The position numbers were made by a program, and so were the translations under genes. The notes under the pieces are model-generated. The model saw only the letters and a list, made by a program, of their open reading frames with translations. It ran no database searches and was not told the origin of the DNA. From Chloropicon primus (Eukaryota), in assembly GCA_023205875.1 (NCBI GenBank), contig CP060771.1:124001-188000 (forward strand): a stretch of 64,000 nt of DNA. Reading direction: 5' to 3'. Of this stretch, positions 56,597-64,000 are shown in pieces; the stretch's first letter is position 1; every line of letters begins with the position of its first letter.

Positions 56597-57066
56597 TGTC
56601 CTTGCCCCCTCCTCGTGATCATCGGCCGGAGGAAGAGGATTGGCGGAGGGACGGAGGGATCCGTGGCTTGCCTCTGGCATTGTCCATCATCCTCGTCGTC
56701 CTCGTAAAGCGGTCCCTCCCCTTCATCCCCCCTCCTCCTGTCCTTGCCCCCTCCTCGTGATCATCGGCCGGAGGAAGAGGATTGGCGGAGGGACGGAGGG
56801 ATCCGTGGCTTGCCTCTGGCATTGTCCATCATCCTCGTCGTCCTCGTAAAGCGGTCCCTCCCCTTCATCATCCATCACCCCTCCTCCTGTCCTTGCCCCC
56901 TCCTCGTGATCATCGGCCGGAGGAAGAGGATTGGCGGAGGGACGGAGGGATCCGTGGCTTGCCTCTGGCATTGTCCATCATCCTCGTCGTCCTCGTAAAG
57001 CGGTCCCTCCCCTTCATCATCCATCACCCCTCCTCCTGTCCTTGCCCCCTCCTCGTGATCATCGGC
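56597..57066. repeat. Tandem repeat, ~3.2 units of 142-149 bp
   Basis: tgtccttgcccc at 56597, 56739, 56888 and 57037. Confidence 0.96.
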
Positions 57067-57702
57067 AAAAAACCTGCAGCATCTCCCCTCGAGATGGGAT
57101 CACTTTGCCACGGAGGATTTTGACTGAAAGGCGCGGTTCCTACTTTGATCGTTCTTGATCGTTGGTTACAAAACTTCCCAGAAAAAATTCAAACTTAGAG
57201 TAGGTTTTAGGTCTTAGGTTCACCCACACGTGATGTGATCCATTGGACAAAGAAAAAAAAAAAGTCTGACGATCGCGCGATCGAAAGGCAAACGAGGACG
57301 ACGAACCAGACCGGCGCGCGTCGCCGCATCCTTCCCATCCTCGACCCAAGGTAAGGCGATCGGACATTGAGGCGGTCTTCGTCTCGTTCTCCTCTTTCGA
57401 ACGGTGTCCGCCACGGCCCAGGAAACGCACTCGAGCTCCTCTTCATCCATCATCATCATCACTTCCTTTTCGGAAGGAACTGCACCCAACGAGCTCGAAC
57501 TCTGCAGAGAAGTTCGAGTGGTCTTCGGGGTCGCGATCGGACAATGAGGCGCTCGACCGAAGGTTCGCGGTCGTTCGTGGGATCCCCGCGCGACGCTCGT
57601 CCCAATGCGCGTCTCTCGCGTCGTCGGGCGCGGCCTCGAGGGAGTCCAGGAGACGGAAAAGCAAAATCAAAAAAAAAGCTTTTTCATCACCTTCTTCCTC
57701 CC

Positions 57703-57733
<31 letters not shown>

Positions 57734-57892
57734 ACCGAGAACTCGGCCATCCACCGCGATCGACGCTGACACGCTCTCTCTTTCTCTCTACGAACGCAAC
57801 ATCAAATTCAAAAACCGTTCGTTTGACTCAGCAGCAGTTTTTTTTTTCGGAAAAAAAAAAGAACAACAAGAACAAGAACAAGAGAAATAACC

Positions 57893-60049
57893 ATGGACGA
57901 CGACGATTCAGCTCCGTCGTATTCTTCGTCTCTTCCTCCTCCTCTTCAAGAAGAAGAAGAACAAGAAGAAGACGAGATGGAGATGGCACCACCACCACCA
58001 CCACCACCACCACCTTCACCATCACCACCACCTCAAAAGCCCGCTGGGTTCCTCCTTTCCCCGGCGAGGAGGCAGCAGCAGCAGCAGCGACTCGAGAACG
58101 ACTCGTCGTTCTCCGACGGCCTCCCTAACCCCTCCCCCCCGGTCCAGCAGCAGCAGCAGCAGCTGTCCGAGACGTCCTCGAGGGTCGGGGTGGACTACCA
58201 GTGCTCGCACATCCCGGAGTACAGGGGTCGCTGGCCTCACCCCTTGGCCTCGGAGGACCTTCCCTCGCAGCCCCTAAACCCGTCGTCGTCCTCGTCCGCC
58301 TGGTCGGGCGAGGAGAGGGCGGCCTTCCTCCTGGGGCTCCACCTGTTCGGGAAGGAGTTCAGGTCCGTGCAAAAGTTCGTGTCCACCAAGACGATGCAGA
58401 AGGTGGTGCAGTACTACTACGACGACTTCAAGTACACCGTGGCGCACAGGCGCTGGAGGGAGTTCTCCGTGAGGTGGGGGATCAAGGGGGAGCAGTTCGT
58501 GAGCGGCAGGAAGCAGAACAAGCTTCTCACCGGCCTGATTGAGGGCAACGGAAGCCTGGGAAAGAAGCAGGAGGAGAACCTCCACGAGTGCGCCAAGAGC
58601 TTCAACAGCGGCGACATCAAGCTGGAGAAGTTCGTCCTGGACATGGTGCAGATCGTCGGCAGGGACGTCCTGGTGAGCGCGGTGGACCTCTCGTCCTACG
58701 GCCAGGACAGGCCCTCCGAGGAGGGCGGCGACCTCCTCGACGTCGGTTGCTCCTTCTTCTCGAGCTTGAGCCCGAAGCTGCAGAGGAAGATCTTCTGGGC
58801 TCACGTTTGGGACCCCCTGGCCCAGCGGACGGGCTGGAAGTGCGAGGAGGTCGAGACCCTCGTGTTCGACGTGGGGACGGGGGGCAAGGTCGAGGGCATC
58901 CCCGCCCTGCTGAAGCACGCGGAGGAGGCCGGGCAGGAGCTCGCCGTCCCCCAGGACACCAAGATGTGGTTCGAGCTCCAGAGGGGCCCGACCGCGAGGG
59001 CGGGGACCAGCGGGTCCGCGAGGAGGCACGGGGGCGGGAAGCCGTCCAGGACGTACGCCAACCACGACGGCAAGTCGTGCGCCAACTGCGGCACCACCTC
59101 GACGCCCCTGTGGCGAAAGGACCGGACGGCCAACGATGCCATCCTGTGCAACGCCTGCGGCATCTACAAGAAGAACCACGGCAAGGAGAGGCCCTTGCCC
59201 AACGGCCCGGTGGCCAAGCCCCCTGCGCCGGCCCCGCCCCCGGCCGAGAAGCAGACCAGCCAGAGCGAGGAGGGCAGCGCGCTTTCTGACCAGGACGTGG
59301 TCCAGGTGATCAAAGTGGAGGAGGAGGTCAAGCAGGAGGCGCAGGCAGCTAGCACGAAGCAGGAGGAGAAGAGGAGGAGGCCAAGCGCCCAGCAGCAGCA
59401 GCAGCAGGAGGAGGAGGTCAAGCTCCCCAAGTGGGGCGAGGCCAGGCGGACCAGGGGCACGAGCAGGAAGAGGAAAGCCGAGCCCGCGGAGCACGACGCG
59501 CCGAGCGTGGCCCGGCAGCAGAGGGCGAAGGACGAGGAGCCGATGCAGCTTGCGGCAGCGAAGGCCCTAATGGCCATCCACGGGGAGCACTGGGACAAGG
59601 TCGCCCCCCAGCAGTCCACGGGCCAGGCCAAATCCACGAGCCAGGCCAAGTCCGCGAGCCAGGCCAAGTCCTCGAGCCAGGTCAAGTCCTCGAGCCAGGT
59701 CAAGTCCTCGAGGTCCTCCTCGGGCTGCGGGAGCGTCCAGACCTGCGCGAACTGTGGCACGACCTCCACCCCGCTGTGGAGGAAGGACAGGGAGACCGAC
59801 ACGATTCTGTGCAATGCCTGCGGAATTTACAAGAAGAACCACGGCAAGACGAGGCCCATCAACGGCTTCAACAACACGGCCAGCAACCAGTCCAGCCAAA
59901 GGGACTCTTTCGCCCAGCCAAAGAGGGCGAAGAAGAGCAGAGGCTCCCCTCAGCTCGTCGTCGAGGATGCCGAGAATGACTCTCACCACTTTTGCAACCC
60001 CGTCCTCCTCCGGGTGGAGACGTCCTCCCCCTCCCTGGTCATCGTGTAA
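57893..60049 (+). CDS. ELM2-like/SANT plus two GATA zinc-finger transcription regulator
   Basis: [27 protein letters not shown]...VQYYY, two [13 protein letters not shown]...LCNACG fingers. Confidence 0.9.
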   Translation: MDDDDSAPSYSSSLPPPLQEEEEQEEDEMEMAPPPPPPPPPSPSPPPQKPAGFLLSPARRQQQQQRLENDSSFSDGLPNPSPPVQQQQQQLSETSSRVGVDYQCSHIPEYRGRWPHPLASEDLPSQPLNPSSSSSAWSGEERAAFLLGLHLFGKEFRSVQKFVSTKTMQKVVQYYYDDFKYTVAHRRWREFSVRWGIKGEQFVSGRKQNKLLTGLIEGNGSLGKKQEENLHECAKSFNSGDIKLEKFVLDMVQIVGRDVLVSAVDLSSYGQDRPSEEGGDLLDVGCSFFSSLSPKLQRKIFWAHVWDPLAQRTGWKCEEVETLVFDVGTGGKVEGIPALLKHAEEAGQELAVPQDTKMWFELQRGPTARAGTSGSARRHGGGKPSRTYANHDGKSCANCGTTSTPLWRKDRTANDAILCNACGIYKKNHGKERPLPNGPVAKPPAPAPPPAEKQTSQSEEGSALSDQDVVQVIKVEEEVKQEAQAASTKQEEKRRRPSAQQQQQQEEEVKLPKWGEARRTRGTSRKRKAEPAEHDAPSVARQQRAKDEEPMQLAAAKALMAIHGEHWDKVAPQQSTGQAKSTSQAKSASQAKSSSQVKSSSQVKSSRSSSGCGSVQTCANCGTTSTPLWRKDRETDTILCNACGIYKKNHGKTRPINGFNNTASNQSSQRDSFAQPKRAKKSRGSPQLVVEDAENDSHHFCNPVLLRVETSSPSLVIV

Positions 60050-60277
60050 ACGGGCGCCACCCACCTTTTTATCTTTATATTGTATAAGCAACTCAAACCG
60101 TTGTCTACGTTTTAACACGAAGAAAATTTTGTCCAGCAAAAGCAAAGAAGCACAAGCCTTTGAGCTAAGTAGGTAGATAAACAAAATATTTTCAGCAAGT
60201 TTTTTTCTTATTTGGGTTGTGTGAAATGCGGCTTGGGGATGGGAGAGAATTCTCTCTCTTCCCCCCCCGCCTCTCTC

Positions 60278-61018
60278 TCAGCCCCTCTTCGCCTTGAGCT
60301 GAGGCTTGAAGGACCCTGGAAGAAGCAAGTAGATGTTCATGACACTCGCCGTGACTCCGAGGAAACCGAGCGTCCTTGGCTTCAGAGGCAGGGCATCGGC
60401 GAGGCCGAGGGCGAGGGTCGCCTGGATGAAGGCGTGGCACACAGTGAAGGTCCTCTTCAGAGCCATGGCGTCCGCCTTGGCCCTCGTCTCCCTCCTCTCC
60501 TCGTCCACCTCCTCGCCGTCCTTGTCCTGCAAGCTCTTCAACTTGGTGTTGGTGTTGCTCACGAGCTTGGAGAGCTCGAACATCTCGTTCAAGGCCTTGC
60601 AGATGGAACCCCCGAACCACGAGTACATGCTGACCTTCTTGGCGAGCGTGGCCGTCTCCGCGTCCTCGATGATGCCCGCAGACTTGGCCCACACGACGTG
60701 GTCGCCACCAAAGTACAGCGCCATGAGAAGCATCTGAGCCCTCTTCACGAGGAACATGATCTTCGGGTCGTCCGTCTTCGCGAGAGCTTTCGTTCCGAAG
60801 GGATCCGTGATCATAGGAGCCAAAGTCTCCACCGGCTTCATCACCCTAAACACCTTCCTGGCGCTCGCTACCTGTCCTTGCACCTTCTTCACCTTGCCAG
60901 CCTGCCCAGCGTGAATGAACATAAGTGCGTACTGGATGGTCGCGCAAAGCTTGTCGCGCCCGTCGCTCTTCGCCAAGAACTGCTTCATCGTGTTCAAGTT
61001 CTCTTCCGTCCTTCCCAT
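60278..61018 (-). CDS. PEX11: Peroxisomal membrane protein PEX11 (plant c/d/e type)
   Basis: FLAKSDGRDKLCATIQY, ARKVFR, DHVVW, C-terminal TM and KAKRG (KxKxx). Confidence 0.92.
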   Translation of the reverse strand: MGRTEENLNTMKQFLAKSDGRDKLCATIQYALMFIHAGQAGKVKKVQGQVASARKVFRVMKPVETLAPMITDPFGTKALAKTDDPKIMFLVKRAQMLLMALYFGGDHVVWAKSAGIIEDAETATLAKKVSMYSWFGGSICKALNEMFELSKLVSNTNTKLKSLQDKDGEEVDEERRETRAKADAMALKRTFTVCHAFIQATLALGLADALPLKPRTLGFLGVTASVMNIYLLLPGSFKPQLKAKRG

Positions 61019-62344
61019 CTTGTCTCTCTTTCTCTAACGCCAGTCCCAGTCTCCTACTCGTCCTCTGCTCCAAAACGAAAACACGCGAGAGGAAAAATCC
61101 TTTCAGTCTCTCCATCCTCATGCGGACGCCATTTCCTTCGAGCGAGAGCTCAAACGAAAGAGGAAGAGGCGAAGATTTCAATTCCGTAGCCTCCCTTCGC
61201 GTCCTCCCCCTCGAACGCCCTCATTTCTCTCGTCCTTCACTCACCTTCGACTCCCTTTTGCTCTTTTTGCTCCCCAACGTGGAAAGGCAGATATTTTATC
61301 CTTAGCCGTCATCGACGAGAGAAGTTTAGCTCTTTTGTATTCGTTTGATGACGATCTGATAGCGATGCCCCAAGGGAGAGGAGATCGATCCGGAGAGAGG
61401 AAGACCCCGTCCTCCGATCTTCTCTTCTCTCCTCTTCCCTTCTCCTCTTCTCTTCTCTTCTCTTCTCTTCTCTTGCAGGGCAGGATTAGAGCGGGCTCGC
61501 TCCTGCCCCTTTCATCCTTTCCGGTTTTGTCTTGAACACCCAAAAGCTTGGGACAAGATGGATGGACGGATGCAAGGACCATGCCACGAGTCCCCGCGAG
61601 AGTCCTTCCTCCCAGGATTCTCCCTTCTCACTTTCCTTGGTGACCTCCATGATTCCCCTTCCTGACCCAGGCCAGAGAGAGACAATACATCCATCCATGC
61701 ATGATGCATCCATGCATCCATCCCCGCTCTCGCACTGGACGCCCGCTGAACCACCATTCCCACGCACGCCGAATCACCACCTCCCTCCTCCTCCTCCTCA
61801 TCACCATTGTTTCTACAACCTCTCTCTCTCTCTCTGTCTCTCTGTCTCTCTCACTCTCTCTCTTACCTCCCATCATCATCTAGGCACCGAAAGTGAGCAA
61901 GTGATGGCTCATTGGAAAGAGCAAGAGGCAATGCATCCACTCATCCAATCCCCCTCTCGCACTGCCTCCCCTCCTCGTCATCACTCTCATCACAACCACC
62001 ACCACCTCCGCCTCCTCCTCTGCTGGAGAATCAGCAGCAGTTTCGTTCTGATCCAAAAACCGAAACACACGACGACGACGACGACGACGTACGTCAAGGT
62101 GAGTTTGAGACACGAATTCGAGGACGAGGGCGACGCGCGTAACGGAAGTAACGTCCGTGGACGGAATCTTCGCTTCCTCCTCTTTCGAAAGACCCTCTCT
62201 GTGGAAAGATTGGGTCACCAAAAAGAAAATGAAAAAAAAAAACTAAAACGTTTGTTTTTCATGCTTTTTCATGGTTTTGCCATGCCTCTCTCTGTCTCTC
62301 TCAGTGCGAAGAAGAAGAGAAGCGCGAGGCCGAGGTCGAGGAAG

Positions 62345-63011
62345 ATGATCAGCACCACGGTGGCACGCCCGAGGACGCGCCACCTCGGCAGCAGCGTGAG
62401 GTCGAAGAGGTTCCAGCTGCAGCAGCTTCATGGCAGAAGGGAGAGGCCTCTCCATCATCATCAGCAACAACAACGACGGTGCTTGGTCGAAGCGAGGAGC
62501 AGTAAGCAAGGTTCGGGAGGTTTCTGGTCCGGTGTCCTCGTCGGTGGCACCGTGTTTGGCGTCCTTGGCTTCCTCTTTGCTCCACAGGTGTCCAGAGCTT
62601 TGCTGAACAGCGAAAGGATGAAGAAGCTCTTGGGAGAAGGGAACGAGAACCTCGAGGTGAGTGAGAGTGTCGGAGAGAGGATCTAGCTCCCTTTTCCTTG
62701 TTGATGCGTTGGGTGCTCGCTTGCTTGTGTTTCTGGCTGGCAAGCGGGCAAGAACAAGCAACAAACGAGAAGAAAGTGGCACGAACGAGAGTGCTCTTTC
62801 CCTCAACCATGCACACACACATACACGCGCGCGCTGACACTCGGTGGCCTCTCTCATTGCGCGTGGTTCGATCTCCCTGCCTTTTCCTTTTCAGGTGACG
62901 CGCGATATGCTCAACGACAAGATAAGCGAGCTGAACAGCGCAATCGATGGGGTTTCCCAGCAGCTGCAGAGCAGGACGGCCAATAAGGAGAGCCAGGTCG
63001 AGAGCTTGTAA
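62345..63011 (+). CDS. Plastid YtxH-like single-pass coiled-coil protein; exons 62345-62656 and 62895-63011
   Basis: Transit peptide, GGFWSGVLVGGTVFGVLGFLFAPQ, spliced LEVTRDMLNDKISELNSAIDGVSQQL. Confidence 0.82.
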
Positions 63012-63396
63012 CCAAGTGTGAGTGGTTGTGTAAATCTAGCTTTTTGGGGGGCGAAAAAAAAAGACCCAACTTGTTATCTACTTGCCAAACTGAAGCGCGG
63101 AAAGCAGACGAGAGGAGGTCTCCAGCAGCACCGCCTCTTCCAGGTTCTCCTTGACCCTTTCGCTCTACGGGCGACGGGCGCAGCTATGGCAGGGTGGTGG
63201 CGCGCCAGGGAAGCGTGGCGGGGAGGTTAAAACCCCCTTTCGAAATTGTCTGTCCTGAAAAGAAAACGTTTCTCTATTTGTTTAAAAGGTGGAAGGGAGG
63301 TTAAAAAACCCACAGACGTGCTCCAGGTCCTACATTTCCCTGCTCCCCCGGCGGAGTGCGCCTCAAACGCTCGCCCCTCTTCCTCGTGGTCCTCGC

Positions 63397-63801
63397 TTAG
63401 AACTCCTGGGAGACGGATCCGGAGGTCCCCTTCTTTCCTCCCTTCTTTGGGAGAAGGACGGAGTGGATGTTTGGCAACACACCACCAGCGGCGATGGTGG
63501 TATCGGAGAGCAACTTGCTCAACTCCTCATCGTTCCTGATGGCGAGCTGGATGTGCCTTGGGATGATCCTGGACTTCTTGTTGTCCCTGGCGGCGTTTCC
63601 GGCCAACTCGAGAACCTCAGCGGCGAGGTACTCGAGGACGGCGGCCAAGTACACAGGGGCACCGGATCCGATCCTGGTGGCGTACTTTCCGCTCTTCAGA
63701 TACCTTCTGACCCTTCCCACTGGGAACTGGAGTCCAGCCTTGGCGGACTTGGTCACGGCCTTCTTGCCGCTCTTTCCCTTTCCCTTTCCTCTGCCGGACA
63801 T
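63397..63801 (-). CDS. H2AX: Histone H2A.X
   Basis: Canonical H2A fold ([18 protein letters not shown]) with C-terminal SQEF. Confidence 0.96.
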   Translation of the reverse strand: MSGRGKGKGKSGKKAVTKSAKAGLQFPVGRVRRYLKSGKYATRIGSGAPVYLAAVLEYLAAEVLELAGNAARDNKKSRIIPRHIQLAIRNDEELSKLLSDTTIAAGGVLPNIHSVLLPKKGGKKGTSGSVSQEF

Positions 63802-64000
63802 GATTGCTATTCACTCGGTGACTTTTGCAAATTCAAAACTTCACTGCAAAGGCAAACAGCTTCGTCAGTCACCTCAAGAACGAATCAAAAGAAACAAACA
63901 AACCAGCAGACAGAAAGAAGGTGAAGCGGATGGGATGATCTCCGTCATCCATCGACCTCCTCCCCCTGCATCATCATCATCACCAACACCACCATCAACA

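Noticed and set aside
62864..62878. GGTTCGATC T-loop-like motif
   Set aside because: Lies within an intron; no tRNA cloverleaf could be built.

Overview
Gene-dense, GC-rich nuclear DNA of a compact green-algal genome. It has plastid-targeted CHLD, MET1 and ATP sulfurylase, few short GT-AG introns and AGG-biased Arg codons. A picoplanktonic chlorophyte such as Chloropicon is my inference, not proven. About 30 protein genes are supportable: DedA, SPO11-2, CDC48, GBP, CHLD, RING-CH ligase, COX7c-like, MET1, FABP-like, MAK16, a cutinase/PETase-like hydrolase, AP2 TF, TTL, MnmA, sulfotransferase, FOP-like, glutaminyl cyclase, RPS20, a giant TSP1-repeat protein, ACS-like, a TEX49-like protein, a multi-cNMP protein, a FYR protein, ABCI, ATP sulfurylase, SANT-GATA TF, PEX11, YtxH-like and H2A.X. 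Four things stand out. (1) A 2522-aa single-pass receptor with about 35 variant thrombospondin repeats and a cytoplasmic tail carrying NPxF and WH2-like motifs. (2) A ~1 kb island made of an interstitial (TTTTAGGG)n tract fused to a DIRS-type RNase H relic and a 149-bp satellite. (3) Recurrent nucleosome-sized (140-190 bp) intergenic duplications and a near-palindromic TCTTT(C/G)GAAAGA motif upstream of many genes. (4) Meiosis and cilium-type genes. All family assignments come from motif recognition by eye; no searches were run. No tRNA, rRNA or CRISPR array was seen.
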